Below are positions 1-10,305 of a stretch of DNA of 24,000 nucleotides, piece by piece (position 1 is the stretch's first letter; the number at the start of each line of letters is the position of its first letter). Source of the DNA: Rodentibacter abscessus. GTDB lineage: Bacteria > Pseudomonadota > Gammaproteobacteria > Enterobacterales > Pasteurellaceae. Below the pieces are notes generated by a model. The model searched no databases and was not told the origin of the DNA. It saw only the letters and a program-made list of their open reading frames with translations. The translations under genes were made by a program, and so were the position numbers. Where the stretch lies: positions 1,267,469-1,291,468 of the forward strand of contig NZ_AP038785.1 in the NCBI RefSeq assembly GCF_047160095.1, given 5' to 3'.

Positions 1-650
1 AAATCTCAGCACAAGAACTAAAATGGGGCTTGATATTGATGATCTTGGCAAGCTTTGTCTCCGGAAGTTTTCTTATTGGCATCGCTTATGAAAGTTTATC
101 CGATTTATTGTTTTTTGCAGGTCTTGGCATTTTAGCCATTATTGCCGCCATCACCTACACTGTAGGAGCGAAACCTTATGGCTATATGGGATTAGGCGAT
201 ATTTCCGTGCTGGTCTTTTTCGGTTTGATTGGTGTAGGCGGTACCTATTACTTACAAACACATAGTATTGACGGAGCAATAATTTTACCTGCGATTGGTT
301 CGGGATTATTGGCAAGTGCAGTATTAAACATCAATAATTTACGTGATATAGAACAGGATGCGAAAGCAGGCAAAAACACCCTCGCCGTGCGTTTAGGCGC
401 ATATAAGGGGCGGATTTATCACTGTATTTTATTAAGTGCGGCAGCCTTATGTTACCTAATATTTACACTGTTTAGCGCAAGTTCATTAGCAAATTATTTA
501 TTTCTGATTGCCTATCCGTTACTTGCCAAACACGCAATCTTTGTTTATCGCAGCACACAGCCTGAAGCCTTACGCCCAATGCTTGCTCAGATGTCAATGA
601 TTTCGTTATTTATCAATCTGTTGTTTAGTTTAGGCTTGCTTATCGGCTAA
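1..650 (+). CDS. menA: 1,4-dihydroxy-2-naphthoate octaprenyltransferase, 3' part (5' end lies outside the window)
   Basis: The frame containing ORF 30..650 stays open back to base 3, so the listed TTG start is not the real start. The translation (IIAAITYTVGAKPYGYMGLGDISVLVFFG, NINNLRDIEQDAKAGKNTLAVRLG) lines up with recalled E. coli MenA. It is polytopic and hydrophobic. Confidence 0.9.
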   Translation, partial: ISAQELKWGLILMILASFVSGSFLIGIAYESLSDLLFFAGLGILAIIAAITYTVGAKPYGYMGLGDISVLVFFGLIGVGGTYYLQTHSIDGAIILPAIGSGLLASAVLNINNLRDIEQDAKAGKNTLAVRLGAYKGRIYHCILLSAAALCYLIFTLFSASSLANYLFLIAYPLLAKHAIFVYRSTQPEALRPMLAQMSMISLFINLLFSLGLLIG

Positions 651-695
651 ATCGGAATATACTTAGGCTTGTCTCAAATTTTGATAGGGGAATTT

Positions 696-1196
696 ATGTT
701 TATTGATACTTCAGAACTTTGCGATCTTTATGCAGATCAAGTGGACGTGGTAGAACCGATTTTTTCAAGTTTTGGCGGTATAAGCAATTTCTATGGAAAA
801 GTCACAACCGTGAAATGCTTTGAAAATAATGGCTTAATCGCTGAAGTATTAGAAGAAAACGGTGAAGGTCGAGTGTTGGTTATTGATGGTGGCGGTGCAG
901 TTCGCCGCGGTCTAATCGATGCGGAACTGGCTCAACTCGCAGCAGATAATAACTGGGAAGGCATTATCGTTTATGGTGCGGTTCGCCAAATCCAACAACT
1001 CGAAAATATTGATATCGGCATTCAAGCATTAGCGCCAATTCCTGTAAGTGCAGATGAAAATAATGTCGGAGAAAGCGATATTCCGGTTAATTTCGGCGGT
1101 GTAACATTTTTTCCTGAAGACTACATTTATGCCGACCTTACAGGAATCCTCCTCTCGCAAGAAGCCCTTGATTTAGAAGGATTTGAAGAAGAATAA
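696..1196 (+). CDS. rraA: Regulator of RNase E activity RraA (formerly annotated MenG)
   Basis: [23 protein letters not shown]...[18 protein letters not shown] matches RraA. I prefer the ATG at 696, preceded by 'atagggga', over the listed TTG at 669. Adjacency to menA matches enterobacteria. Confidence 0.9.
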   Translation: MFIDTSELCDLYADQVDVVEPIFSSFGGISNFYGKVTTVKCFENNGLIAEVLEENGEGRVLVIDGGGAVRRGLIDAELAQLAADNNWEGIIVYGAVRQIQQLENIDIGIQALAPIPVSADENNVGESDIPVNFGGVTFFPEDYIYADLTGILLSQEALDLEGFEEE

Positions 1197-1281
1197 ACAA
1201 AACATCAAAGTGCGGTTAAAAATAACCGTACTTTCAAACTACTGTCCCCATCCTTTTAATAAGGTGGTTTGTTCGCAATCT

Positions 1282-1309
1282 AAAACGGCTCACTTTTGTG
1301 AGCCGTTTT
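1282..1309. terminator. Bidirectional rho-independent terminator between convergent rraA and accC
   Basis: Perfect 12-bp stem aaaacggctcac / gtgagccgtttt with loop tttt. It has an A-run on the left and a T-run on the right. Confidence 0.7.
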
Positions 1310-1318
1310 TTATAGCAA

Positions 1319-2665
1319 TTAATCATGTAAACCTAATTTCTTCTCAAGGTAGTGAATGTTTGTGCCACCTTTTTGGAAATTTTCATCTTCTAAAATCAGT
1401 TCATGTAACGGAATATTGGTTTTAATGCCATCGATGATCGTTTCAGCCAACGCATTTTGCATACGACGAATCGCAACATCACGGGTATCGCCATAAGTAA
1501 TCAATTTTGCGATCATCGAATCATAGTGCGGAGGTACGGTATAACCGCCATAAATGTGAGAATCCCAACGCACGCCTAAACCGCCCGGCGAATGTAAGTG
1601 ATTTACTTTACCCGGTGAAGGTAAGAAAGATTTCGGATCTTCCGCATTAATACGGCACTCAATCGCGTGACCTTTCACTTTAATATCTTCTTGTTTGATA
1701 GAAAGTGGTAATCCCGCCGCAATTCGTAACTGCTCTTTGACCAAATCCACACCGGTGATCATTTCCGTTACCGGATGTTCCACTTGGATACGGGTATTCA
1801 TTTCAATGAAATAAAACTCACCGTTTTCATACAAGAACTCGAATGTACCTGCGCCACGATAACCGATTTCCACACAAGCGTTGGCACAACGTGAACCAAT
1901 ATCTCTACGTACTTCTTCCGTAATTCCCGGGGCCGGTGCTTCTTCTACCACTTTTTGATGGCGGCGTTGCATAGAACAATCACGTTCAGCCAAATACACT
2001 GCATTGCCATGGGTATCCGCCAATACTTGAATTTCCACGTGGCGTGGATTTTCTAAGTATTTTTCCATGTAAACCATATCGTTATTAAATGCGGCTTTCG
2101 CCTCGGCTTTTGTCATTGCGATAGATTCTTCAAGTGCTTCTTCGTTACGTACTACACGCATTCCACGACCGCCGCCGCCGCCGGAAGCTTTGATGATAAT
2201 CGGATAGCCGATACGTTTTGCAATTTCTTTATTTTTTGCAATATCATTGCCCACCGGACCATCAGACCCCGGCACACAAGGCACTCCGGCTTTCTTCATT
2301 GCTTTAATCGCAGAAACCTTATCCCCCATCAAACGAATTACATCCGCCGTCGGTCCGATAAAAATAAAACCGGAACGTTCTACTTGTTCTGCAAAATCGG
2401 CATTTTCAGATAAAAAACCATACCCCGGGTGAATAGCATCCGCCCCGGTGACTTCCGCTGCCGCAATAATTGCGGGAATGTTTAAATAACTTTTTGTTGA
2501 AGGAGCAGGACCGATACAAACGGTTTCGTCTGCCAACAAAACATGTTTTAATTCACGGTCTGCAGTGGAATGCACCGCAACGGTTTTAATGCCCAACTCT
2601 TTACAGGCGCGTAAGATGCGGAGCGCAATCTCACCACGGTTGGCAATCACAACTTTTTCTAACAT
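1319..2665 (-). CDS. accC: Biotin carboxylase subunit of acetyl-CoA carboxylase
   Basis: Near-colinear with recalled E. coli AccC ([33 protein letters not shown]...[11 protein letters not shown]...). The start is taken at the ATG equivalent to the E. coli MLDK start, 4 codons inside the listed ORF. Confidence 0.97.
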   Translation of the reverse strand: MLEKVVIANRGEIALRILRACKELGIKTVAVHSTADRELKHVLLADETVCIGPAPSTKSYLNIPAIIAAAEVTGADAIHPGYGFLSENADFAEQVERSGFIFIGPTADVIRLMGDKVSAIKAMKKAGVPCVPGSDGPVGNDIAKNKEIAKRIGYPIIIKASGGGGGRGMRVVRNEEALEESIAMTKAEAKAAFNNDMVYMEKYLENPRHVEIQVLADTHGNAVYLAERDCSMQRRHQKVVEEAPAPGITEEVRRDIGSRCANACVEIGYRGAGTFEFLYENGEFYFIEMNTRIQVEHPVTEMITGVDLVKEQLRIAAGLPLSIKQEDIKVKGHAIECRINAEDPKSFLPSPGKVNHLHSPGGLGVRWDSHIYGGYTVPPHYDSMIAKLITYGDTRDVAIRRMQNALAETIIDGIKTNIPLHELILEDENFQKGGTNIHYLEKKLGLHD

Positions 2666-2684
2666 AAGAAATTCCACTTGTTAA

Positions 2685-2710
2685 AAAATGGCGGACAAGC
2701 CCGCCATTTT
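2685..2710 (-). other. Intercistronic stem-loop between accB and accC
   Basis: Perfect 10-bp stem aaaatggcgg / ccgccatttt with a 6-nt loop. It sits in the 60-bp gap between the accB stop and the accC start. Confidence 0.5.
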
Positions 2711-2725
2711 GGATAATAGATAAGA

Positions 2726-3196
2726 TTATTCAATAACAATTAACGGCTCGTCAAATTCCACCGGTTCACCGTCATTAATAAGGATAGCTTTCACCACACC
2801 GGCTTTATCCGCTTCAATACGGTTCATCATTTTCATCGCTTCAACGATACAAAGCGCATCACCGACTTTTACAGTTTGTCCGACTTCAACGAAAGCTTTT
2901 GCTTCCGGGCTTGGGCTACGATAGAAAGTTCCCACCATTGGTGAACGAACGATATGACCGGATAACTCATCGGAAGCCACAGGAGCCGAAGTCTGCACCG
3001 CAGGTGCCGGAGCTACTGCCGGAGCAACAACAGGTGCAGGTGCAGCAATTGGTGCGGCATATTGTACCGCTGTTGGTGCAACCACAGGAGCTGCACGACT
3101 AATACGCACCGTGCCCTCTTCTTCTTGCACTTCTAATTCGGTGATACCGGATTCTTCCACTAATTCGATCAGTTTTTTGATTTTACGAATGTCCAT
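2726..3196 (-). CDS. accB: Biotin carboxyl carrier protein of acetyl-CoA carboxylase
   Basis: Biotinylation motif EAMKMMN, an Ala/Pro-rich linker ([31 protein letters not shown]), and position directly upstream of accC. Confidence 0.95.
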   Translation of the reverse strand: MDIRKIKKLIELVEESGITELEVQEEEGTVRISRAAPVVAPTAVQYAAPIAAPAPVVAPAVAPAPAVQTSAPVASDELSGHIVRSPMVGTFYRSPSPEAKAFVEVGQTVKVGDALCIVEAMKMMNRIEADKAGVVKAILINDGEPVEFDEPLIVIE

Positions 3197-3225
3197 ACGT
3201 TCTTCCTAAAATAATGAAATTTTTA

Positions 3226-3273
3226 ACCGCACTTTTACTACATGATGATCACAAAAATACCTAAAAGTGCGGT
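3226..3273. repeat. Inverted USS pair (ACCGCACTT ... AAGTGCGGT) in the aroQ-accB spacer
   Basis: Reverse USS at 3226..3234 and forward USS at 3265..3273, with flanking tttt/aaaa extending the stem. The spacer is 30 nt. Confidence 0.8.
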
Positions 3274-3370
3274 CAGTAATAAACTTGTTTTCTGCGCCGC
3301 AGAGATTACCCTAAATTTAGCGAAAATGCGACAAAATTCTATAAATTTAACCCAAAATGCAGGGGTTTTA

Positions 3371-3820
3371 TTATTTTTTCGCTAAATAGTTCAAAGCGAA
3401 CAAAAAAGCGAATTCATAACCTTGCGCCCCTAGTCCGCAGATCACGCCTTCCGCCACATCACTAAAATAAGAATGATGACGGAAGGGTTCACGCTTATGA
3501 ACATTCGATAAATGAATTTCCACAAAAGGGATAGATACTGCCAATAATGCGTCACGCAAAGCAACACTTGTATGAGTATAAGCGGCGGGGTTAATTAAAA
3601 TAAAATCAACCTGTTGGAAACTTTGATGAATTTTATCAATTAATTTTTCTTCACTATTCGCCTGAAAGCATTCAAGTTCCACTTGATGTTTCTCGGCTAG
3701 AGCCTTGATATTTGCTTCAATTGCAGCAAGAGATAAACTGCCGTAGTGCTTCGGTTCTCGCGCCCCTAGCATATTCAAGTTCGGACCATTTAATAGCAAA
3801 ATTCGGGATTTTTGTGACAT
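3371..3820 (-). CDS. aroQ: 3-dehydroquinate dehydratase, type II
   Basis: [22 protein letters not shown] ... [16 protein letters not shown] ... [18 protein letters not shown] are hallmark type II DHQase motifs. The product is 149 aa. Confidence 0.93.
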   Translation of the reverse strand: MSQKSRILLLNGPNLNMLGAREPKHYGSLSLAAIEANIKALAEKHQVELECFQANSEEKLIDKIHQSFQQVDFILINPAAYTHTSVALRDALLAVSIPFVEIHLSNVHKREPFRHHSYFSDVAEGVICGLGAQGYEFAFLFALNYLAKK

Positions 3821-3877
3821 ATTTTTTCCTTTTTGAAACTCAGGATTATACTGATTTTCTGATGAATGGTGGTCGAA

Positions 3878-4867
3878 TCAGATAATCTTTGTAATAAATT
3901 CGGAATCCAAATCGACAAGCGGTAAATCAGAATTAGGCCATGAACGGAGCACCTGATAATCCATTAAATCCAAGGTGTCCAAGCCCGGTGTAACATTAGG
4001 TGTATATTGTTGCGCTATACGTGCAAGTTGTGTTAGACCAAGACTGCTTTCGATGCTTGAGCTTATTACGGCGGCTAATCCTAAATCATTAGCCCGTTCA
4101 ATTAACGCGACACAGCGTTCAATCGAACCGATTAAGGTCGGTTTAATGACAATGGCGGATAAGTAGGGTTCTTTTCTAAGCTGAAAATCAGGCTCCCGCA
4201 CCGATTCGTCCCACGCAATAGCAATACCGGTTTGCGCAGCAAATTCACGACTGAGAGCCGGTGTTTTACAAGGTTCTTCTAAAAATTGAATACGGGAACG
4301 GTGTACCGGTTTTACTTTTGCCGCAAATTGTAACGCTTTTTCCAACGTCCAATGACGATTCGCATCTAAACGCAATCGCAAATCGGGAATCGCTTCTAAA
4401 AACATATCTGCAATTAAACCGTCACGATTGGCTTCGTACATGCCGACTTTAATTTTTGCGACTTTCTCCCCCGAAAGATTTGCCAATTCTGCATAAAGTT
4501 CGTCAGGATCGCCATAACACAGCGGTGCGGCTTGATAATTGCCCTCTTCTTTTAAAGTGCCTTTCATCTCATTCATCGCACAACTGATACCAAACGCCAC
4601 GGAAGGGTAAGTATCATCAAGTGAAAGCCGCGGTGCATCACAACTTCTTTCACGCCATTTTTCAAGCCATTCAATCGCTTGTGTTTCGGCTTGATCAAGC
4701 GTTTCTTCACTAAAACCGGGCAAAGGAGCGATCTCTCCCCAACCATCACGAGCGCAATTTACCCGCACGATTAATCCTTCACGGCGTTTTAAAAATCGAT
4801 CCCGTAAAATCAGTTGGCTGTCAACAGGAATAGTGTAACGGTAGAGATTAAAAGATTTATTTGCCAT
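3878..4867 (-). CDS. menC: o-succinylbenzoate synthase
   Basis: Colinear with recalled E. coli MenC ([79 protein letters not shown]). Confidence 0.9.
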   Translation of the reverse strand: MANKSFNLYRYTIPVDSQLILRDRFLKRREGLIVRVNCARDGWGEIAPLPGFSEETLDQAETQAIEWLEKWRERSCDAPRLSLDDTYPSVAFGISCAMNEMKGTLKEEGNYQAAPLCYGDPDELYAELANLSGEKVAKIKVGMYEANRDGLIADMFLEAIPDLRLRLDANRHWTLEKALQFAAKVKPVHRSRIQFLEEPCKTPALSREFAAQTGIAIAWDESVREPDFQLRKEPYLSAIVIKPTLIGSIERCVALIERANDLGLAAVISSSIESSLGLTQLARIAQQYTPNVTPGLDTLDLMDYQVLRSWPNSDLPLVDLDSEFITKII

Positions 4868-4881
4868 ATCTTATTCCCATA

Positions 4882-4925
4882 CAAAAGTGCGGTTAAAAAT
4901 CGATGAGAATTTTAACCGCACTTTG
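4882..4925 (-). terminator. Inverted USS pair hairpin between menB and menC (possible attenuator or terminator)
   Basis: Forward USS at 4885..4893 and reverse USS at 4915..4923. The arms extend to roughly 15 bp (aaagtgcggttaaaa / ttttaaccgcacttt). Only a short T-run follows on the minus strand. Confidence 0.55.
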
Positions 4926-4935
4926 TAGTGATAAA

Positions 4936-5793
4936 CTAAGGATTACGTCTAAATTTACTGAAATCCGGCGCACGTTTTTCGTTGAATGCGTTACGACCTT
5001 CTTGACCTTCTTCCGTCATATAGAACAACATTGTCGCATTGCCTGCCAATTCTTGTAAACCTGCCTGACCGTCACAATCGGCATTTAATGCGGCTTTTAA
5101 GCAGCGAATGGCAATCGGGCTATTGCGCAGCATTTCACGACACCAACGCACGGTTTCTTTTTCAAGATCCGCATAAGGTACAACGGTGTTCACCAAGCCC
5201 ATATCTAAGGCTTCTTGCGCATTATATTGACGGCATAAGAACCAAATTTCACGCGCTTTTTTCTGACCGACCAAACGCGCCATATAGCTTGCTCCCCAAC
5301 CGCCATCGAATGACCCCACTTTCGGACCGGTTTGACCGAAAATCGCATTTTCGGCGGCGATGGTTAAATCGCAAAGCATATGTAATACATGGCCGCCGCC
5401 AATGGCATAGCCTGCCACCATTGCTACAACAGGTTTCGGACAGGTGCGAATATCACGTTGAAAATCCAACACATTTAAGTGATGCACGCCGCTTTCATCT
5501 TTATAGCCACCGTAGTCGCCGCGAATTTTTTGATCTCCGCCGGAACAAAAGGCTTTTTCCCCTTCACCGGTTAACACAATCACGCCGATTTTTTCATCAA
5601 AACGTGCATCTGAAAATGCGTGAATCATTTCTTTTACCGTCTGCGGACGGAATGCGTTGCGAACTTCAGGGCGATTAATCGTGATTTTTGCAATACCGTC
5701 AGTGGATTTGTGATAACGAATGTCAGTATAACCTTCGCTATGCTCAACCCATTCAACAGGCGCATAAAGTACATCATCTTTTGGATTTTGCAT
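4936..5793 (-). CDS. menB: 1,4-dihydroxy-2-naphthoyl-CoA synthase
   Basis: Crotonase-fold MenB signature ([55 protein letters not shown]). The product is 285 aa, as in E. coli. Confidence 0.96.
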   Translation of the reverse strand: MQNPKDDVLYAPVEWVEHSEGYTDIRYHKSTDGIAKITINRPEVRNAFRPQTVKEMIHAFSDARFDEKIGVIVLTGEGEKAFCSGGDQKIRGDYGGYKDESGVHHLNVLDFQRDIRTCPKPVVAMVAGYAIGGGHVLHMLCDLTIAAENAIFGQTGPKVGSFDGGWGASYMARLVGQKKAREIWFLCRQYNAQEALDMGLVNTVVPYADLEKETVRWCREMLRNSPIAIRCLKAALNADCDGQAGLQELAGNATMLFYMTEEGQEGRNAFNEKRAPDFSKFRRNP

Positions 5794-5898
5794 TGAGAAT
5801 ACCTTCTAATTTGAGACAAAAGTGCGGTCATTATAACGGAAGTTTTTGTAATCGGGAAAACTAAAATTTAATTGTTCCTTTATCTTCTTGGCGGTTAT

Positions 5899-5907
5899 TG
5901 CTAGAAT
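5899..5907 (+). promoter_or_regulatory. Candidate extended -10 promoter (TGcTAGAAT) for the lipoprotein gene
   Basis: TG-n-TAGAAT lies about 48 nt upstream of the GTG start at 5955. I found no convincing -35. Confidence 0.35.
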
Positions 5908-5954
5908 TTTCCCCGTTTACCACAGGTATTGATAAAACATAAAAGGAATCAACG

Positions 5955-6524
5955 GTGAAATATATTCTTACCCTTAGTATGGCATTTTTACTCGCTGCTT
6001 GCAGTTTGTTCGATACACCGCAATCCCCTATTCCTGCAGAATTTGCCGGTGCGGACTATCAGCTTTCGGATAAAGACGCAAAACAATGGGCGATAGCCAG
6101 TAAACAAGCCGAGCAATGTATTTACCCGAATCTTACCCGTATTCAGCAACAACATTTTAAGCACGAAGACAGCTATATTCATTCTCAATATGTCTTTTTC
6201 TATCCACTTGAAAAAATCATTGGTGAAGACTATGTCGCTATGATTCAAAAAGATGAAAAATCAATGAATTATGCGACTTATCAATTCAAAAAATTCCGTA
6301 CTCAGACAGGTAAGATCGAACCTTTGGAAAATAAAGCCTGCCAACTATTACGCACACAAGCCCGTGATGATTTGGATGTGGTGAAAGGTCAATATAAAAA
6401 CGGTATGGTTGATGAAACAAAAAATGAAGACGGCACATCGAAGAAACCCGAAGACGGTATTGCAACAAATCAAAACAAATTCTTCTTCGACATTATAAAA
6501 TGGGGTTCGGCGTTATTACTGTAG
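5955..6524 (+). CDS. Putative lipoprotein of unknown function
   Basis: Signal peptide with lipobox [16 protein letters not shown] (Cys16). GTG start preceded by 'aaaggaa'. A terminator follows. I do not recognise a family for the mature part. Confidence 0.7.
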   Translation: MKYILTLSMAFLLAACSLFDTPQSPIPAEFAGADYQLSDKDAKQWAIASKQAEQCIYPNLTRIQQQHFKHEDSYIHSQYVFFYPLEKIIGEDYVAMIQKDEKSMNYATYQFKKFRTQTGKIEPLENKACQLLRTQARDDLDVVKGQYKNGMVDETKNEDGTSKKPEDGIATNQNKFFFDIIKWGSALLL

Positions 6525-6538
6525 TATTCAAGCGGGTT

Positions 6539-6575
6539 AAACGGTATTCGGGCTAAAATCGAATACCGTTTTTTA
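6539..6575 (+). terminator. Rho-independent terminator of the lipoprotein gene
   Basis: Stem aaacggtattcg / cgaataccgttt with a 9-nt loop, followed by tttt. Confidence 0.75.
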
Positions 6576-6697
6576 TGCAAACGATTAGGTGAAAAAAGTG
6601 ATAAGTAGATCAAATTTTTGGCAAATAACCCTTTGAACTTTAATTATTTTCCGCTAGTCTATCCAAGGTATTTCTTTAAACTTAAGAAGGTGACATT

Positions 6698-8356
6698 ATG
6701 GCAAATATTTTTGATCTCGCACAAAACTGGTTAAGCCAAGATCCCGATGCAGAAACTCACGCAGAATTGACCGCACTTTTAAATGCGGCAAAAGATGGTG
6801 ATAAAAAAGCGGAAGCTGAATTACACGCACGTTTTGACGGTCGTTTACAATTCGGCACAGCAGGCTTGCGTGGTCGTTTACAAGCCGGTTCGATGGGGAT
6901 GAACCGTGTGCTTGTATCTCAAGCGGCAGGCGGATTAGCCGATTATTTAAAAAATTATGACGACACACCTTCTATCGTAATTGGTTACGATGGACGTAAA
7001 AACTCTGATGTATTCGCTCGTGATACGGCTGAAATTATGGCGGGAGCAGGAATAAAAGCGTATCTATTGCCGCGTAAATTACCAACTCCGGTATTGGCTT
7101 ATGCAATTCAATATTTTGACACCACTGCCGGGGTGATGGTTACCGCAAGCCACAACCCACCGGAAGATAACGGATACAAAGTTTATTTAGGTAAAGCAAA
7201 CGGTGGAGGACAAATCGTTTCTCCGGCAGATCAAGACATTGCAGCATTAATCGATAAAGTGGCGGCAGGCAATATCAAAGATTTACCGCGTAGCAACGAT
7301 TATATTGTGTTGAACGATGAAGTCGTTGATGCTTACATTGCGAAAACCGCCTCTTTAGCAAAAGAACCTCAATGCGATATTAACTATGTTTACACAGCGA
7401 TGCACGGCGTTGGCTATGAGGTATTAAGCAAAACCTTGGCAAAAGCAGGTTTACCACAACCTCATATTGTTGCGGAACAAGTGTGGCCGGACGGTACTTT
7501 CCCAACCGTGAATTTCCCTAATCCTGAAGAAAAAGGTGCACTGGATTTAGCCATCAAAGTGGCGAAAGAAAACAACGCCGAATTTATTATCGCAAATGAT
7601 CCGGATGCCGACCGTTTAGCCGTTGCCGTGCCGGATGCAGAAGGTAACTGGAAACCGCTACACGGAAACGTAGTGGGCTGTTTCTTAGGCTGGTATTTGG
7701 CAAAACAATATCATGCGGAAGGAAAACAAGGTATTCTCGCTTGCTCTTTAGTTTCTTCCCCTGCACTTGCCGAAATCGCGAAAAAATACGGTTTTCAATC
7801 AGAAGAAACCTTAACGGGTTTCAAATATATCGGTAAAGTTAAAGGGCTCTTATTCGGTTTTGAAGAAGCACTCGGTTACTTAGTCGATCCGGATAAAGTA
7901 CGCGATAAAGACGGCATTTCTGCGGCGATTATGTTCTTAGATCTTGTGCGGAATTTGAAAAAACAAGGTAAAACCTTGGCTGATTATGCCGATGAATTTA
8001 CCAAAGAATTCGGTGCTTATGTGAGCGGACAAATTTCTATCCGTGTTGATGAACTTTCAGAAATCACTAAATTAATGACCGCACTTCGCAACAATCCGCC
8101 GACTGAAATTGCCGGTGTTAAAGTGGCACAATTTATCGATCATACTAAAACCGATCGCCAAAGTGATATCTTAGTATTCGTACTTGAAAATGGTAGTCGC
8201 CTAATCTCCCGCCCTTCAGGTACGGAACCGAAAATTAAGTTTTACCTTGATGCACGTGGCACAGATCCGAAAAATGCCGAACAAGTACTTTCTGATCTTG
8301 ATGAAGGGGTTCGCAATATTCTTCGTCAAGAAGCTTATGGTAAGCAAGATTGCTAA
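6698..8356 (+). CDS. pgm: Alpha-D-phosphohexomutase family enzyme (phosphoglucomutase/phosphomannomutase)
   Basis: Active-site loop TASHNPPEDNGYKVY, metal-binding loop NDPDADRLAV, and the sugar/phosphate loops GFEEALGY and RPSGTEPKIKFY. The product is 552 aa. The RBS is 'aagaaggtg'. Substrate specificity cannot be assigned from sequence alone. Confidence 0.88.
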   Translation: MANIFDLAQNWLSQDPDAETHAELTALLNAAKDGDKKAEAELHARFDGRLQFGTAGLRGRLQAGSMGMNRVLVSQAAGGLADYLKNYDDTPSIVIGYDGRKNSDVFARDTAEIMAGAGIKAYLLPRKLPTPVLAYAIQYFDTTAGVMVTASHNPPEDNGYKVYLGKANGGGQIVSPADQDIAALIDKVAAGNIKDLPRSNDYIVLNDEVVDAYIAKTASLAKEPQCDINYVYTAMHGVGYEVLSKTLAKAGLPQPHIVAEQVWPDGTFPTVNFPNPEEKGALDLAIKVAKENNAEFIIANDPDADRLAVAVPDAEGNWKPLHGNVVGCFLGWYLAKQYHAEGKQGILACSLVSSPALAEIAKKYGFQSEETLTGFKYIGKVKGLLFGFEEALGYLVDPDKVRDKDGISAAIMFLDLVRNLKKQGKTLADYADEFTKEFGAYVSGQISIRVDELSEITKLMTALRNNPPTEIAGVKVAQFIDHTKTDRQSDILVFVLENGSRLISRPSGTEPKIKFYLDARGTDPKNAEQVLSDLDEGVRNILRQEAYGKQDC

Positions 8357-8373
8357 TTAAATTTAATAACCTG

Positions 8374-8403
8374 AAAAGAGGTGCATATTTGTACCTCTTT
8401 TTT
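8374..8403 (+). terminator. Rho-independent terminator of pgm
   Basis: Stem aaaagaggtgc / gtacctctttt (one G-U pair) with a 6-nt loop and a T-run. Confidence 0.75.
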
Positions 8404-8419
8404 CTTTAACGAGGTATAA

Positions 8420-8749
8420 ATGAATCCTTGGGTTTTACTCGCAATTTCAATTTGCTTAGAAATAGCCGCAACAAATTTATTAAAACTGAGTAACGGTTTC
8501 ACCAACCCCGTCCCGACTATCGGCTCATTGACACTCTACGCCATTGCCTTTTATTTACTTTCGATTATTTTCCGTACCTTACCTGTGGGATTGGTTTACG
8601 CCGTTTGGTCCGGTGTGGGGACTGTATTAACCGCTGTCGTTGCCTACTTCGCATTCGGGCAAAAAATTGATATGGCAGGATTAATTGGAATCGGATTAAT
8701 TATCCTTGGTGTCTTGATTATTAACTTGTTTTCGTCAACGACACATTAA
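8420..8749 (+). CDS. Small multidrug resistance (SMR) family transporter, EmrE/Qac-like
   Basis: 109 aa with four TM segments. The membrane-embedded Glu14 sits in CLEIAATNLLK, and the YAVWSGVGTV motif is present. The sequence aligns with recalled EmrE better than with Gdx/SugE (no Trp two residues after the Glu). Confidence 0.88.
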   Translation: MNPWVLLAISICLEIAATNLLKLSNGFTNPVPTIGSLTLYAIAFYLLSIIFRTLPVGLVYAVWSGVGTVLTAVVAYFAFGQKIDMAGLIGIGLIILGVLIINLFSSTTH

Positions 8750-8778
8750 ATTACGTAACCACTGCATAAAGCGAAAAA

Positions 8779-8914
8779 TAGGGTAACGCAACTTATTGCC
8801 CACCATTGAAATTCCTTCTTTGGATGGGTGGGAAAAAAATTTGACCGCCCTACAACATCCTTATTTAACAACATTTGTGCAACCGCTACATAATACCGAA
8901 AAAAAGCGAAAAAT
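8779..8914. repeat. Degenerate REP-like unit plus tail module (locus C), truncated on the right by the IS
   Basis: tagggtaacgca...cccaccat..atgggtggg...ccgccctac is followed by tttgtgcaaccgctacataataccgaaaa. This is the same tail seen at 18895.., 22596.. and 22761... Confidence 0.5.
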
Positions 8915-8940
8915 TGATCTGACCCCAAAAAGTTAGACCA
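8915..8940. repeat. IS terminal inverted repeat (orfB-proximal end)
   Basis: tgatctgaccccaaaaagttagacca matches the reverse complement of 10306..10331 (tgatctgccccccaaaagttggacaa). Confidence 0.85.
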
Positions 8941-8941
8941 T

Positions 8942-9810
8942 TTAACAAATGGTTTGAGTTCGATATTGTATCGGGCTCAAGCCGTTTAATTTTAATTGTA
9001 TTCGTTCCTCATTGTAATACCGTATATACTCCCTCACCGCTTGTGCAACCTCCTCGGCATTGTCAAAATGCTTACCATAGATACATTCCGTTTTCATCCG
9101 CCCGAAAAAGCTCTCCATCATCGCATTATCTAGGCAGTTTCCCTTTCTTGACATACTCTGCACTATGCCGTTTTCTTGTAAGATGCGTTGATACGCACAC
9201 ATTTGATATTGCCAACCTTGGTCCGAATGCAGTATCGGCTTCGCCTCTTTGGGTAATTTTTCGACCGCTTGTTGCAACATTACTTTCACTTGTTGCCAAT
9301 TCGGGCTTCGACTGATAGCAACGCTGATGATTTCCGAGTTGAAGCAGTCTAAAATCGGTGAGACGTAACATTTACTGCCGTCTTTGGCTTTGATTTCCGT
9401 GATGTCGGTAAGCCATTTTTCGTTTGGTCGGGTTGTGGTGAAATCCCGTTGTAAGCGGTTTGGGGCGATGTTTCCGATTTCACCGCGATAGGCGGCGTAC
9501 TTTCTCGCTTTTTTGCCCTTCACCTGTAGCCCCATTTGTTGGATTAAGTGTTGTACCCGTTTGTGATTAACGCCTTTCAATAACGCACTTACTCGGCGAT
9601 AACCATACGCCGGATTTTCTGCTTTAATCCGCCTGATTTCCGCTTTAAGTGCGGTATTTTTATCCGCCTTCGGCTTTAAATGATAGAAAAACACACTACG
9701 AGACAAATTTGCCAATGAAAGCAAGATGTTAAGCGGAAACGTCCCTCTCAATCTTTGGATAATCGCCGCCGTTCGGCTTCTTCCTCCCGTATCACTTCGT
9801 CCAACTTTTT
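8942..9810 (-). CDS. IS3-family transposase OrfB (DDE integrase core), expressed as an OrfAB fusion by -1 frameshift
   Basis: WLTDITEI (D), ILHSDQGWQY (D) and NCLDNAMMESFFGRMKTE (E) are typical of the IS3 family. The orfB frame is open from the slippery site at 9805..9811 down to the stop at 8942. Confidence 0.85.
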
Positions 9811-10275
9811 TAGAAATGCCACCTCCGCTTCAAGCTCCAAAATCCTTAACCGTAAGCGGTCTTCTTCGGTCTTCGGCGGCGGTGGCATTTTGGCGTATTT
9901 TGGTTTTTTCGGGGACATTGTCGGTCTTCCTTTCGGTTTGGGGTGTAAACCGTTTATACCGTCTTTTTCAAAGGCTTTCAACCATTGGCTGATAAGACCT
10001 GAATTACTTATGCCGAAATGGATTGTCGCTTGCCTTGCAGAGAAATCCCCTTTTTGAACGGCAAGGATGACTTGATATTTAAATTCAGCGGAATAAATGC
10101 GTTTGCCGGGCAATAGGGCAAGCCCTGCATTGCCTGAATGTTGATATTGGGTAATCCAACGTCTTAAGGTGGTGTCGGAAAGTTGAAATTGTTTTTTTGT
10201 AAGTGAAACATCTAAGTGATTTTTAAGATAAAAATCGATGGCTTGTTGTTTGAATGTTTGATTGTATTTGGTCAT
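9748..10275 (-). CDS. IS3-family transposase OrfA (HTH domains plus leucine-zipper-like C-terminus)
   Basis: MTKYNQTFKQQAIDFY...LRRWITQY...ATIHFGISNSGLISQWLK, then LRLRILELEAEVAFLKKL. The start is taken at the ATG at 10275. The listed start at 10332 lies outside the inverted repeat. Confidence 0.85.
   Translation of the reverse strand: MTKYNQTFKQQAIDFYLKNHLDVSLTKKQFQLSDTTLRRWITQYQHSGNAGLALLPGKRIYSAEFKYQVILAVQKGDFSARQATIHFGISNSGLISQWLKAFEKDGINGLHPKPKGRPTMSPKKPKYAKMPPPPKTEEDRLRLRILELEAEVAFLKKLDEVIREEEAERRRLSKD
9805..9811 (-). promoter_or_regulatory. Programmed -1 ribosomal frameshift heptamer A AAA AAG
   Basis: The minus strand reads CTA AAA AAG TTG in the orfA frame. After a -1 slip the frame reads GTT GGA CGA ... 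TTG AGA GGG ACG TTT, which is the orfB frame, with no stop codon. Confidence 0.75.
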
Positions 10276-10305
10276 AAAATCTGCCCCTGACTGAGTTGGT
10301 TTATT

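Noticed and set aside
1207-1234. USS hairpin aaagtgcggtta/taaccgtacttt after rraA as the rraA terminator
   Set aside because: The stem has a mismatch and no T-run follows. The perfect hairpin at 1282..1309 is the better terminator, so I kept this only as a USS with a decayed partner.
1183-1425. 80-aa ORF on the plus strand
   Set aside because: It spans the rraA stop, two terminator-type hairpins and the antisense 3' end of accC, so it is not plausible as a gene.
4986-5678. 230-aa ORF on the plus strand
   Set aside because: It lies entirely antisense to the strongly conserved menB. The Arg/His/Leu/Ser-rich, low-complexity translation is typical of a shadow frame, and there is no RBS or family resemblance.
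8746-8928. 60-aa ORF on the minus strand
   Set aside because: It covers the degenerate REP-like/tail unit and runs into the IS inverted repeat. There is no RBS and no coding signature.
9043-10057. Four short ORFs inside the IS (9043..9315 +, 9126..9371 -, 9726..9992 +, 9755..10057 +)
   Set aside because: They are antisense or alternate-frame ORFs within the transposase genes. The orfA/orfB frames with the A6G frameshift fully explain the coding content.
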